A stretch of DNA of 64,000 bases from Lachnospiraceae bacterium (GCA_015057665.1 SVDY01000006.1:35925-99924); one strand, 5' to 3'; positions 27,294 to 38,548 are shown, counted from the first letter of the stretch. A program made the numbers and translations. Notes: generated from the letters alone by a model not told the origin.

Positions 27294-28037
27294 CTACTGC
27301 TCCATCAGCTTCTTCAAATACTCCTGCTCTTTTTTGGAAAGAACTGCGTCCTCTAATAAATCCGGGCGCCATTTCAAGGTGCGCTCAATGGATTTCTCCC
27401 TGCGCCATTTCTCAATATTTGCATGATGTCCAGAAAGTAAAATGTCTGGCACTTTACGTCCATGAAATTCTACGGGGCGGGTATACTGAGGATATTCCAG
27501 TAAGTTATCATGGAAAGATTCGAATTCACCGGACACTTCATTGCTTAAAACCCCCGGCACCATACGTGAGATGGCATCGATCATAACCATGGCAGGAAGT
27601 TCACCGCCTGTTAATACATAGTCGCCGATGGACATCATGTCTGTGACGATCTCTTCTAAAATACGCTCATCCACACCTTCGTAGTGTCCGCATAAGAAGA
27701 CAAGATCTTCTTCTTTTGCAAGTTCCTGGGCAAGAGTCTGGTTAAAGACCTGTCCCTGTGGTGTCATATAGATGACTCTCGGTTTTTTTCTGCCTTCCGC
27801 AAGAATTTTCTCTTCCACAGAACAATAAGCTTTATAGATAGGTTCTGCCTGCATGACCATGCCGGCTCCGCCGCCATATGGATAATCATCCACATGCTTA
27901 TGCTTGTTATCAGAGAAATCCCGGATATTGATGGCTTCTGTTGTAATGTAACCGTTTGCCTTGGCACGTCCTAAGATACTGGTATCAAGGCCCTGCTCCA
28001 CCATCTCCGGAAATAATGTCAGAATATGATAATGCAT
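27294..28037 (-). CDS. trmD: tRNA (guanine37-N1)-methyltransferase TrmD
   Basis: 247 aa; canonical TrmD sequence (DDYPYGGGAGMVM, GHYEGVDERI, IGDYVLTGGE). Confidence 0.95.
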   Translation of the reverse strand: MHYHILTLFPEMVEQGLDTSILGRAKANGYITTEAINIRDFSDNKHKHVDDYPYGGGAGMVMQAEPIYKAYCSVEEKILAEGRKKPRVIYMTPQGQVFNQTLAQELAKEEDLVFLCGHYEGVDERILEEIVTDMMSIGDYVLTGGELPAMVMIDAISRMVPGVLSNEVSGEFESFHDNLLEYPQYTRPVEFHGRKVPDILLSGHHANIEKWRREKSIERTLKWRPDLLEDAVLSKKEQEYLKKLMEQ

Positions 28038-28546
28038 TAGTCCATCAATCCTTTCATAATGCGGACGATCATCTCGCCTGCTTCCATATCAACATCCATA
28101 ATACAGTCTTTGATGGCAGGAAGGAGAACCGTACCGCCGTCTGACATTTTGACTTCATAGACGTCATTGGCACCTGTGGAAATCACATCATTTAATCGGC
28201 CGATCTCAATCCCGGTCTCAGTGAGGATTTTAAGACCGATTAAATCTGCAATAAAATATTCGTCTTCTTCCAAATCTACTGCATTTTCCCTTGTTACGAG
28301 AAGGGGACAGCGTTTGTACTGCTCAATATCATTAATATTGTCATAGCCTTTGAATTTTAAGATAACAAACTGTTTAAAAAATTTACAGCTCTCCACCTTT
28401 AATTCCAGTTTTTCTTTTCCTGTATCGAGAATGACATCTTTCAATTTTTTAAAACGATTTACGTCATCTGTAGTAGGGAATACCTTTACCTCCCCACGGA
28501 TGCCGTGTGTGGTGGTGATCACACCAACCTGTAATAAATCTTCCAT
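28037..28546 (-). CDS. rimM: 16S rRNA processing protein RimM
   Basis: 169 aa; G.I...HGIRGEVKV start and PRC-barrel C-terminus; 1-nt overlap with trmD. Confidence 0.9.
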   Translation of the reverse strand: MEDLLQVGVITTTHGIRGEVKVFPTTDDVNRFKKLKDVILDTGKEKLELKVESCKFFKQFVILKFKGYDNINDIEQYKRCPLLVTRENAVDLEEDEYFIADLIGLKILTETGIEIGRLNDVISTGANDVYEVKMSDGGTVLLPAIKDCIMDVDMEAGEMIVRIMKGLMD

Positions 28547-28669
28547 TATACTACCTCATTTGACAGACCGGCGGCTATTCTTTCGAACAATCTAAGCCCG
28601 GTCTTTTTCAGGTGAACAAAAGGACTGTCATCCCTGACAGTCCTTTCCTGTTTTCATTGTTATGTGATG

Positions 28670-28897
28670 TTATGCGATATCTACGATAACTTTCTTTTCA
28701 CCCCTGGAAGCCGCTGCCTTGACAACACTGCGAAGAGCCTTTGCGATTCTTCCCTGTTTGCCAATCACTTTGCCCATATCGTCTGCTGCAACTTTCAGCT
28801 CTAAGATAATGGCATGTTCTGTCTCTTTTTCATATACAACAACTTCTTCCGGGTGATCTACTAAGGACTTCGCAATTACTTCAACTAATTCCTTCAT
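28670..28897 (-). CDS. KH domain RNA-binding protein (YlqC-like)
   Basis: 75 aa; GKVIGKQGRIAKALR KH motif; conserved position between rpsP and rimM. Confidence 0.85.
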   Translation of the reverse strand: MKELVEVIAKSLVDHPEEVVVYEKETEHAIILELKVAADDMGKVIGKQGRIAKALRSVVKAAASRGEKKVIVDIA

Positions 28898-28926
28898 GTT
28901 TCCACCTCCCGGAATTGATAAGGGAT

Positions 28927-29172
28927 TTATTTTTCGATACCAGCGATTTTTAAGAGCTTAGCAACTGTTTCTGTTGGCTGAGCACCGTTTGCTAACCATT
29001 TTTTAGCTGCTTCTTCGTCGAATTTGATTACGCTTGGTTCTTTAGTTGGATCATAGTATCCTACTTCGTCGATGAATCTTCCATCACGTGGAGCTCTTGC
29101 ATCTGCAACAACTACTCTATAGAAAGGTGCTTTTTTCTGTCCCATTCTTCTTAATCTCATTTTTACTGCCAT
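28927..29172 (-). CDS. rpsP: 30S ribosomal protein S16
   Basis: 81 aa; [24 protein letters not shown] canonical S16. Confidence 0.95.
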   Translation of the reverse strand: MAVKMRLRRMGQKKAPFYRVVVADARAPRDGRFIDEVGYYDPTKEPSVIKFDEEAAKKWLANGAQPTETVAKLLKIAGIEK

Positions 29173-29250
29173 GTTCGTATACCTCTTACTTTCTTGAATT
29201 TGTTAAATAATGATTTCTTTTTTCTTCTATTGTGAAAAGAGTTTCAAATC

Positions 29251-30600
29251 TTAAAATGGTAATTTACCAAAAAGACCTCCGCCTCTTCTTCCACCTTTTT
29301 TACCCATCATGCCAGACATCTGCTTCATCATCTTTCTGGCCTGTTCGAACTGTTTCACGAGACGATTTACCTCGGAGATTGGAACTCCGGCGCCGTCTGC
29401 AATACGTTTCTTTCTGGATGGATTTAAAATGTCAGGATTGGATCTCTCCTGTGGTGTCATGGAGTAGATGATAGACTCGATTCGGTCAAATGCCTTATCG
29501 TCAATCTCTACATTCTTCATCTGGGAACCCATTCCCGGAATCATGGAAAGCATATCTGCAATGCCGCCCATCTGTTTGATCTGAGCCATCTGGTCTAACC
29601 AGTCATCAAAACCGAATTCGGCTTTCTTGATCTTTGCCTCTAATTCTTTGGCTTTCTCTTCGTCCACCGCATTCTGGGCTTTCTCAATCAAGGTAAGTAC
29701 ATCACCCATGCCCAGGATTCGACTTGTCATACGATCCGGATAGAACTGCTGTAAATCTTCCAGTTTCTCGCCCATACCAATATAGAGGATTGGCTTTCCT
29801 GTTACGGAACGGATGGAAAGAGCTGCACCGCCTCTGGTATCACCATCAAGCTTTGTCAAGATAACACCGTCGATGCCGACTTTCTCGTTGAAGTTCTGTG
29901 CTACGTTGACCGCATCCTGACCGGTCATAGCATCTACAACGAGGATTGTCTGATGTACATCCACATTCTCTTTGATGGCCTGTAATTCTTCCATCATTCC
30001 TTCGTCTACGTGAAGTCGTCCGGCAGTATCCAGGATCACAATGTTGAATCCTTCTGCCTTGGCATGCTCCACCGCAGCTTTTGCAATGTTAACAGGGCTT
30101 ACTTTGTCACCCATGGAGAAGACAGGTACATTTACCTTCTTACCATTGACTTCCAGCTGTTTGATTGCTGCCGGTCTGTATACGTCACAGGCAACCAGCA
30201 ACGGTTTCTTGCCACGCTGTTTCATCTTTGCCGCAATCTTAGCTGTTGTTGTTGTTTTACCGGCACCCTGAAGACCGGCTATCATGATAATGGTAATCTC
30301 ATTACCAGGTTTTAAGGCAATCTCAGTTGTTGTGGATCCCATAAGGGCTTCCATCTCTTCTTTTACAATCTTGATTACCATCTGCCCCGGATTCAGACCG
30401 CTAAGTACGTCCTGACCCACGGCTCTGTCGTTGACAGTTTTGATAAACTGTTTTACGACGCGGAAGTTAACGTCTGCCTCTAAGAGAGCTCTTTTAACTT
30501 CTTTCATGGCTTCCTTTACATCAGCCTCAGTTAAGCGGCCTTTGCTTCGTAAGCCTTTAAATATATTCTGCAATTTATCAGATAAATTTTCAAATGCCAC
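29251..30600 (-). CDS. ffh: signal recognition particle protein Ffh
   Basis: 449 aa; NG domain (GLQGAGKTTT, DTAGR) and Met-rich M domain. Confidence 0.95.
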   Translation of the reverse strand: MAFENLSDKLQNIFKGLRSKGRLTEADVKEAMKEVKRALLEADVNFRVVKQFIKTVNDRAVGQDVLSGLNPGQMVIKIVKEEMEALMGSTTTEIALKPGNEITIIMIAGLQGAGKTTTTAKIAAKMKQRGKKPLLVACDVYRPAAIKQLEVNGKKVNVPVFSMGDKVSPVNIAKAAVEHAKAEGFNIVILDTAGRLHVDEGMMEELQAIKENVDVHQTILVVDAMTGQDAVNVAQNFNEKVGIDGVILTKLDGDTRGGAALSIRSVTGKPILYIGMGEKLEDLQQFYPDRMTSRILGMGDVLTLIEKAQNAVDEEKAKELEAKIKKAEFGFDDWLDQMAQIKQMGGIADMLSMIPGMGSQMKNVEIDDKAFDRIESIIYSMTPQERSNPDILNPSRKKRIADGAGVPISEVNRLVKQFEQARKMMKQMSGMMGKKGGRRGGGLFGKLPF

Positions 30601-30741
30601 GTTTTATGTCCTTTCAAATTCAATCACCGGTCTGTCATAGAATCCTTACCGGAAGTTCCGCTTTTCTCCCATAGGTTCTTTTTCATCAATGAATCAACAC
30701 CTTGAATCAAGCCCCCGAATCAAGACCTTCATTAATGCTTA

Positions 30742-31095
30742 TCAGAAATCTTCCAGGATTCCTCTTGAGACCTGTTCTATCTCGTCCAGATATTTCTGCT
30801 GACTATCTGTATCTACGTTCTTCATCTCGTTCGCCAGACGATTGATAGTTCCAACCTTTTCCTTTGTCTTTAAGAACTTATCAATGAGATGAAGCTTTTC
30901 TTCATAACCTCTGAGAATCTTATCACAGCGTTTCATCATATCGTGAACGCCCTGACGGCTGATTCCCCGGTCGGCTGCAATCTCACTGACAGACAAATCA
31001 TTCAGCACATGGTCTTCATAAATCTGCTTCTGGTGTTCTGTCAGTAATTCTCCGTAAAAATCAAATAATAATGCCTGTTCTACTATCTTTTCCAT
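30742..31095 (-). CDS. ylxM: YlxM/UPF0122 putative DNA-binding protein
   Basis: 117 aa; sigma-70 region-4-like HTH (LSVSEIAADRGISRQGVHD); conserved position upstream of ffh. Confidence 0.85.
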   Translation of the reverse strand: MEKIVEQALLFDFYGELLTEHQKQIYEDHVLNDLSVSEIAADRGISRQGVHDMMKRCDKILRGYEEKLHLIDKFLKTKEKVGTINRLANEMKNVDTDSQQKYLDEIEQVSRGILEDF

Positions 31096-31138
31096 TCAAA
31101 CACCACCTGTAAAGTATTTTTCCTTTACACCAAAAGCT

Positions 31139-31167
31139 ATTTTAATGCATTGCATTGTTTTTGTCAA
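31139..31167 (-). promoter_or_regulatory. putative sigma-A promoter (TTGACA-17-TAAAAT)
   Basis: Consensus -35, 17-nt spacer, about 40 nt upstream of ylxM. Confidence 0.5.
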
Positions 31168-31336
31168 GTATTTTTTCTTGACATTCTTTTCTTTTATTTT
31201 TTACATTCTTTTTCAGAAGAGAAGCAGAAAGCGCTGCAAACACCTTCTGCTTCTCCTTTTCATTTCATATATGATTTAGTCCGATTCGAATTGCGCTGAC
31301 AGGAAACTCTATCCCGTCCTGGAAATCTTCCTCATC

Positions 31337-32068
31337 CTAGAAGTCATCTTCTTCCACTTCCGGTTCTTCGATATGAATCAGTTCCGGATACTTTGCCGCA
31401 ATCTGATCAATCCACCACTGACTGATGATAACCGGCGGGATATCAGGATCCGGAAGATAACTTAACGGCTTCTGACTCTCCATGGTCTCAATCAGATCGT
31501 CTGTTTCAATAATCTCCCATGCTTCCATACCAAGAGCAGTTAAAATAGTTTCTATTGCTTCTATATAATAAGGATTTTGTTCCTCTTCTATTGGATCGGA
31601 AACGATTTCAAGGACAGGGATACCTTTTTCTTCTTCTGATTCCTTTAGCCGCATTACAGGGATATCTAAATGATGAATGCTATGATTCCCTATTTCCAGA
31701 TCTGTTTCATCTTCTTTTGCCGCTTCGTCACTATCAAGAAACACCTCTTTTAATAAAGCATATTCTACATATCCTTCCTTTCCAATCGGATAGGAATACT
31801 GGGAAATCATATCATAAAGACCTGTCTCACTCTTGACTCTGTCAAACAAAGTGTACTGAGTCACCTTGCCATTTAATGCAAGTACAACGGCAATAGCTTC
31901 TTCTACGGCTGTTTTATTAAGAATCGGATAAGCTCCTTTTTCTCCGCAGCATACGGGACAATCCATGCCTGGCTGATAGTATCCTTCTTCGTCCATAGCC
32001 GGAACGGGACATCCACAGAACATTTTTGTTTCTGTAGGAAGTACTACATGAAATACAACTTTCCCCAT
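31337..32068 (-). CDS. GatB-like protein, N-terminal cradle domain only (degenerate, truncated)
   Basis: 243 aa from MGKVVFHVV (AGGAGG SD); matches the GatB N-terminus (FHV..T.TKMFCGC...CPVC.G..GA.P.LNK.AVE.A....LALN, FDR, ISQ, LPDPD...PEL); helical and YqeY-like tRNA-binding tail absent; the ORF-track N-terminal extension overlaps the upstream gene and is rejected. Confidence 0.7.
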   Translation of the reverse strand: MGKVVFHVVLPTETKMFCGCPVPAMDEEGYYQPGMDCPVCCGEKGAYPILNKTAVEEAIAVVLALNGKVTQYTLFDRVKSETGLYDMISQYSYPIGKEGYVEYALLKEVFLDSDEAAKEDETDLEIGNHSIHHLDIPVMRLKESEEEKGIPVLEIVSDPIEEEQNPYYIEAIETILTALGMEAWEIIETDDLIETMESQKPLSYLPDPDIPPVIISQWWIDQIAAKYPELIHIEEPEVEEDDF

Positions 32069-32069
32069 C

Positions 32070-33188
32070 TTATAACACCTCCTGTTCGTATGCATAAGCT
32101 GCTTTGAGCAGGTTATTCTCATAATTGGTACCTGCAATCATATGAATGCCCGCTTCAAGGATTTCGTCATCTTCTTCCACAGAGTCATATGGCTCAAACG
32201 GAATTGTCATAGCCGGAAGTCCTGCAAGATTGGCAGCAACAGAATACGGATCCTGTCCGCTTGTATATGGAACAACAAATAATGCATATTCCCTAAAAAG
32301 CATGTCATAGGCATCTTTGATTAAAGATCTTAATTTTAATGCTTTCAGATAATAAGTCTCATAGTTTTCTTCTTTCAGAAGATAGGAGCCATATGCGAGA
32401 GCTTCCTCCTCTTCCTCAAGGCTCATGATGATTTCATCTGCATCCATCACCTTCTCGCAAGCTGCAATCATCTCATGAACTTTATCTGCATACTCAATCC
32501 AGTCTAATTGAACTGTCTCAATATCAGCACCTTTTGCTTCAAATGCATCAAGAATGCGGTTGTAATATCCAAGTTCATCCTGACTGTATTTCATATTAGG
32601 GAACTCTTCCAAAATGGCAATCTTCATTCCGGACAGATCAGTGTCTTTTAATGCCTCCATATATTCATAAATGTATGCGTCTCTGGACATAGGATCTTTG
32701 TTATCTACGCCTGCTACAGCCTGTAATACAGAAGCAATCATAGCCGTATTTTTAGCAGCCACAGCCGGCTGGGCGAGAGATGGTGTATCTATATACATTC
32801 CATAACGGGAAACAAGGCCATATGTCGCTTTTAACGATGCATAGCCCTGGGCAATTGCATATTTCAGAAAAGAGGCGTCAGAATCCATGGCAACAACAAA
32901 AGCGTCTTCCGGTATCACTTCATCCTCCGGAGTGATCAGTTTGGCACCTTCCTGTTCCAGCATATTCTCAATCTGTGGTTTTACGCAAAAAGAAGTATCA
33001 CAGACAAACCCTTTCATTCCTGATAAAAGTTTTTCTTCTTCTATTTTTTCTTTTACGGCGTTTTCTTCTAAAGGCTTATCTTCACGAAAGATATTAATCA
33101 CTGGATAAGGATGATATAAAGGCTGGGCTTTTCCTGTGTCCAGTTCGGCCAATTCCTCTAAATAATCTTTTTTTATTTTGTCTGACAT
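32070..33188 (-). CDS. amidase-signature (GatA-like) protein lacking the catalytic motifs
   Basis: 372 aa; clear GatA-like blocks (LKATYGLVSRYGM, AGVDNKDPMS, ANLAGLPAMTIPF, HMIAG...AYAYEQ) but no GGSSGGS stretch; the GVKDN Lys position reads FVCDT and GSDTGGSIR reads MDSDASFLK. Confidence 0.7.
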   Translation of the reverse strand: MSDKIKKDYLEELAELDTGKAQPLYHPYPVINIFREDKPLEENAVKEKIEEEKLLSGMKGFVCDTSFCVKPQIENMLEQEGAKLITPEDEVIPEDAFVVAMDSDASFLKYAIAQGYASLKATYGLVSRYGMYIDTPSLAQPAVAAKNTAMIASVLQAVAGVDNKDPMSRDAYIYEYMEALKDTDLSGMKIAILEEFPNMKYSQDELGYYNRILDAFEAKGADIETVQLDWIEYADKVHEMIAACEKVMDADEIIMSLEEEEEALAYGSYLLKEENYETYYLKALKLRSLIKDAYDMLFREYALFVVPYTSGQDPYSVAANLAGLPAMTIPFEPYDSVEEDDEILEAGIHMIAGTNYENNLLKAAYAYEQEVL

Positions 33189-33247
33189 ATTGGTTACCTC
33201 GTAAATGAGCGCGGTCCATATGAACCGCGCCCGAATATTCTGCTATC

Positions 33248-34345
<1,098 letters not shown>

Positions 34346-34375
34346 TCAACAGTTAATTTCACGAATTAAAGTGTT

Positions 34376-34888
34376 TTAGTTATTGATAAGTTCCTTGATT
34401 CCGATAGAACCACGGGCCAGACCTGTAAGACCGGTACGTACCATCTCGATTACTTCGAAGTCTTCTAATAATTTAAGGAAAGCATCTACTTTACTTAAAT
34501 CACCGGTAAGCTCGATCATCAAAGATTCCGGTCCAACGTCTACTACTTTCGCACGGAAGATGTCTGCAATGGCGATTACTTCCTGTTTCTCCTGTTTATT
34601 GGCGCGAATCTTAACAAGAGTAAGTTCACGGCATACGGATTCTTTGTCATGAAGTTCGATGATCTTCACAACATCTTCTAATTTGCCGATCTGTTTTCTG
34701 ATCTGTTCCAGAATATCATCATCACCTGTAACGGCAACTGTAATACGGGTATAGTTTGGGTCGTTTGTTGCTCCCGCTGTAATTGTGTCAATGTTGTATC
34801 CGCGACGTGCAAAAAGACCAGCTACACGGCTCAATACACCGGGATTGTTGTTAACAAGCAATGCGAGGGCAATCTGTTTTTCTTTCAT
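34376..34888 (-). CDS. ilvN: acetolactate synthase small (regulatory) subunit
   Basis: 170 aa; ACT domain (LLVNNNPGVLSRVAGLFARRGYNI) plus ALS_ss_C. Confidence 0.9.
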   Translation of the reverse strand: MKEKQIALALLVNNNPGVLSRVAGLFARRGYNIDTITAGATNDPNYTRITVAVTGDDDILEQIRKQIGKLEDVVKIIELHDKESVCRELTLVKIRANKQEKQEVIAIADIFRAKVVDVGPESLMIELTGDLSKVDAFLKLLEDFEVIEMVRTGLTGLARGSIGIKELINN

Positions 34889-35013
34889 CTATCTTACCTC
34901 CGTAGATGTATTTTCTCTAACTCAGAGTACTAAAAATGATTATATCAGTTTTTTAATTTAATGCAATAAAGTTTTAAATAATATTTCCAACTTTTCTCTC
35001 AGTCTGACATTAT

Positions 35014-37494
35014 TTATCTTTCCAGCAGAGAATTTACCAATCGGACTGCATCAGCCGCATCCTTAGAATAGCCGTCTGCCCCGATTTCATCTGCAAAGGA
35101 CTGAGTAATCACAGCACCGCCGATCAATACGCGGGCTTTGCAGCCATTGGTATCTCTATATTTGATGACTTCCTTCATCTCCATCATAGTCGTGGTCATC
35201 AGCGCAGAAAGAACAATAAAGTCCGCTTTCTCCTCAAGGGCAGTCTTCACGATATCTTCCTTTGGCACGTTCTTGCCAAGGTCAATGACGCGGAAACCAT
35301 AGTTTCTAAGCATCAGAGCAACCAGGTTCTTGCCGATGTCATGGATATCGCCTTCTACAGTTGCAATTACGATTACTGCATGGGCTTCCCTTGCAAATGC
35401 CGCCATCATTGGTTCTAACATCTCAATGGCCTTCTTCATGGCCTCTGCAGAAGATATGAGCTGTGGAAGGAAATAAATCTGTTTATCAAACAAATCTCCG
35501 ACTTTGTTGATTGCCGGAATCAATTGTTTATCGATAATATCCCCCGGCAGAGTACCTAACACAAGTTCTTTCTCTACTTCCTTTAAGATGCCGGAGCGGT
35601 TGCCGTTTAAGACAGCTTTGTATACGGCAGTCTCTGTCATATTGGAGGCTGACGTTCCAATAACACTCTGTTTTGCCTGTCCGGATACGGTTTCTGTTTT
35701 CTTACCATTTGTTTGATCTGCCGCAAATAATTGAGGCATCTTCGCCTTCTCCTCTCCAAGCTTTTGGCAATACCGAATATAGGCAAGATCGCTTCCCGGC
35801 TTGTTTTGTAGAAGTGCAGAAGCATACATGCTGTCCATCAGCTTCTCGCTGGACGGATTGGCGATAGCCATAGTAAGACCTTTTGCCATAGCCATGGCAA
35901 GGAAGGCTGCATTTACTTTCATCCGCTCCGGAAGACCGAAGGAAATGTTGGATAGCCCGGTTACCGTTGCAAGACCAAGTTCTTCTTTGCAATAACGAAT
36001 CGTCTCCAATGTATTGAGTGCCGCATCCGGCTGGGCACCTACAGTAGCCACAAGTCCGTCTACGATGATATTCTTTCGAGGAATGCCCAGTGCTTCTGCG
36101 CGGTCAATGATCTGATGAATCAGTGCTTTCTTCTCATCAATGGTTTCCGGCAGTCCTGCATCAGACAGAGGCAGTGCAATGAACATGGCGCCGTATCTGG
36201 CTGCTAAAGGCAGGGCCTTTTCTATCTTTTCCTGTTCCATGGAGATGGAATTAATAAGGGCACGGCCCGGATAGGCGCGGAGGGCTGCTTCCATAATATC
36301 TACGTGGCTGGTATCGATACAAAGAGGAAGAGATGTGATAAGTCCAAGTTCTTCGATTGCATGCAGCATAGTCTCTTTTTCATTGATTCCATTCATTCCC
36401 ACATTTAAATCAAGGATATGTGCCCCCTTTTCTTCCTGTTCTGCCGCCATAGCAAGAAGAAGTGCCCGGGAACCTTCCCGAAGTTCCGCCTGTAAGGCTT
36501 TCTTGCCTGTTGGATTCATACGCTCCCCAATTAATAAGAAAGGTCCGTTCGGATCAATAGGCTGAACAATTCGTTCAGAGGCCAGATAAGAGAGTCTCTC
36601 TTCCTTCCAGTCAGGCGGACAAAGAGATGTAACTGTTTCTTTTAATTTTTTAATAAATTCCGCATCTGTTCCACAACATCCGCCAAGCATGCCCGCTCCC
36701 GCTTCTACCAGATTTGGAATATAGAATACGAACTCATCTGCTGTCATTTTGTAGACGGTCTTTCCATCTTCCAGTTCCGGAAGACCCGCATTGGGTTTTG
36801 CAAGAATCGGAATCCGGCTTACGGCTCTCATTCTCTTTACTACCTCTGTCATCTCAAGAGGACCCGTAGAACAGTTGACACCAATCACAGATGCTCCAAG
36901 ACTTTCCAGGACTACTGCTGCCGCTTCCGGCGTAGTTCCGTACAATGTCTTGCCATCCTCCGCAAACGTCATAGTAACCATGATCGGAAGATCACAAGTC
37001 TCCTGAATGGCAATCACTGCCGCTCTTGACTCAGGGAGACTCATCATTGTCTCGACAACAAATAAATCAACACCGGCTTCATAAAGAGCTGCCGCCTGTT
37101 CTTTGTATACATCAATTAATTCTTCTAAGGTAAGTGTGCCAAGAGGCGCAAGACTCTCTCCTGTCATAGTCATATCACCGGCAACAAAAGCCTTTCCATC
37201 AGCTGCCTGTTTTGCAAGTGCCGTTAATTCCCGGTTCATGGACACCACTTTTTCTTCCAGACCGTATTCTTTTAACTTAATTCGATTACATCCAAAGGTA
37301 GGCGCATAGATAATATCGCTTCCTGCCGCCACATAATCTCTCTGTATTTTTAAAATCGCCTCAGGATGTTCCAGAATCCATTGTTCCGGACAAACTCCTG
37401 CAGGCATTCCCGCTTTCTGGAGCAAGCTTCCTGTTGCCCCGTCGCAAAGGAGGATTCTCTGTTCTAAAAGGTCATATAATTCCTGTCTTGTCAT
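35014..37494 (-). CDS. metH: methionine synthase MetH (Hcy-, pterin- and B12-binding modules; no AdoMet reactivation domain)
   Basis: 826 aa; Hcy S-methyltransferase N-terminus, pterin-binding module, B12 motif DIHDIGKN; the protein ends right after the B12 domain. Confidence 0.9.
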   Translation of the reverse strand: MTRQELYDLLEQRILLCDGATGSLLQKAGMPAGVCPEQWILEHPEAILKIQRDYVAAGSDIIYAPTFGCNRIKLKEYGLEEKVVSMNRELTALAKQAADGKAFVAGDMTMTGESLAPLGTLTLEELIDVYKEQAAALYEAGVDLFVVETMMSLPESRAAVIAIQETCDLPIMVTMTFAEDGKTLYGTTPEAAAVVLESLGASVIGVNCSTGPLEMTEVVKRMRAVSRIPILAKPNAGLPELEDGKTVYKMTADEFVFYIPNLVEAGAGMLGGCCGTDAEFIKKLKETVTSLCPPDWKEERLSYLASERIVQPIDPNGPFLLIGERMNPTGKKALQAELREGSRALLLAMAAEQEEKGAHILDLNVGMNGINEKETMLHAIEELGLITSLPLCIDTSHVDIMEAALRAYPGRALINSISMEQEKIEKALPLAARYGAMFIALPLSDAGLPETIDEKKALIHQIIDRAEALGIPRKNIIVDGLVATVGAQPDAALNTLETIRYCKEELGLATVTGLSNISFGLPERMKVNAAFLAMAMAKGLTMAIANPSSEKLMDSMYASALLQNKPGSDLAYIRYCQKLGEEKAKMPQLFAADQTNGKKTETVSGQAKQSVIGTSASNMTETAVYKAVLNGNRSGILKEVEKELVLGTLPGDIIDKQLIPAINKVGDLFDKQIYFLPQLISSAEAMKKAIEMLEPMMAAFAREAHAVIVIATVEGDIHDIGKNLVALMLRNYGFRVIDLGKNVPKEDIVKTALEEKADFIVLSALMTTTMMEMKEVIKYRDTNGCKARVLIGGAVITQSFADEIGADGYSKDAADAVRLVNSLLER

Positions 37495-37520
37495 ATTTTA
37501 TCCTTCCTTCCATAATTTAC

Positions 37521-37549
37521 AAAACAGGGGTATCTGCTACCCCTGTTTT
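37521..37549. terminator. bidirectional Rho-independent terminator
   Basis: AAAACAGGGG ... CCCCTGTTTT. Confidence 0.7.
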
Positions 37550-37576
37550 CATAATATATCTGATTCAAAAACAAAA

Positions 37577-38287
37577 CTATACTAAGATTGCCTGTCCGTC
37601 ATAGAAAATTTTAATCTTATCTTTCATACCGAGCATAAGGGCAAGCTTTCTCATACATCTCATCTGGCCTCTTGTTGTGTCAAAGCCGTATTTTTCAATG
37701 ATGTCGATGCCTTTGTGAATCAAGTCAAAGAGTGCCAGGTCGGACATCTCAAATGTTAAAAGGACCTGATTGATACTCTCTTCGTTATCTACAGTGAAAT
37801 AAAGAAGAATCATCTGAAGGCATGCAACGATATCGTAAAGAGTTCTGTTTCTCTGTGCCATATCTGTACGAAGGAACATGAAGAAGTCTTCCAGTCTCAT
37901 CATATCCAGATCTGCCGGTTTCGCAACACCATAATCCTCTAAACGCTTCTCAAGGTTTAAGTCAAGTACTGTGGAATTGATCATGGATGCCGCTGTCATA
38001 GCAAGCTGATCCTGTGGATTCGGTTCAAGAATCGGGGAACCTTCTTCCATCTGTAAGCAGTAAATCATGTTGCGGAGAAGGGCATTCTCAAACAGGCTGT
38101 CTTCCATGTCTTTATCCAGTTTGATGACATATTCTTCTGCTCTAACATCATGATAACAAGGTCTGTTCACGTCCAGGGGATTGCCGATATCCATAGGAAG
38201 AATGCTTACCTTGTCTGTCAGTTTGCCGAGGATCTCTGTGTAGATCTGTTCTGTCTTTTCGCTGAGTGTCTTTCCTAAAAGTTCCAT
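37577..38287 (-). CDS. hypothetical protein (236 aa)
   Basis: ORF with AGAGGGA SD-like sequence upstream of MELLGKTL...; no motif recognised; own terminator. Confidence 0.5.
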   Translation of the reverse strand: MELLGKTLSEKTEQIYTEILGKLTDKVSILPMDIGNPLDVNRPCYHDVRAEEYVIKLDKDMEDSLFENALLRNMIYCLQMEEGSPILEPNPQDQLAMTAASMINSTVLDLNLEKRLEDYGVAKPADLDMMRLEDFFMFLRTDMAQRNRTLYDIVACLQMILLYFTVDNEESINQVLLTFEMSDLALFDLIHKGIDIIEKYGFDTTRGQMRCMRKLALMLGMKDKIKIFYDGQAILV

Positions 38288-38548
38288 AAATGCAGGTCCC
38301 TCTTTTCTATAGTAGTTGGATTCGTCTATACAGACGCATGTCTGCCTCCCACCTTGAGGCAAACACATATTGGGTATATTGTAACAAAGGGAGGGGTAAA
38401 TTTCAAGGCTTTTTGTACAATAAGAACAGAGGAGTATCTCACCTTCTATATCTTACCATTGATTTTATACGCATTTTAGCGTACTGTGATAATAAAGAGC
38501 TTGTAAAACAATAATACAGCAATTTTCACCAGAGGAGCTTGTCCGCCT

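Noticed and set aside
27016-27372. 118-aa minus-strand ORF overlapping the trmD 3' end
   Set aside because: It overlaps trmD out of frame by 79 nt. Neither the annotated start nor the internal Met has an SD, and the sequence is dominated by the inverted and direct repeats.
28547-28669. Two hairpins between the KH-protein gene and rimM as a novel regulatory RNA
   Set aside because: They look like ordinary intra-operon attenuator or terminator hairpins (AAAGGACTGTCA...TGACAGTCCTTTT). Nothing distinguishes them from standard operon punctuation.
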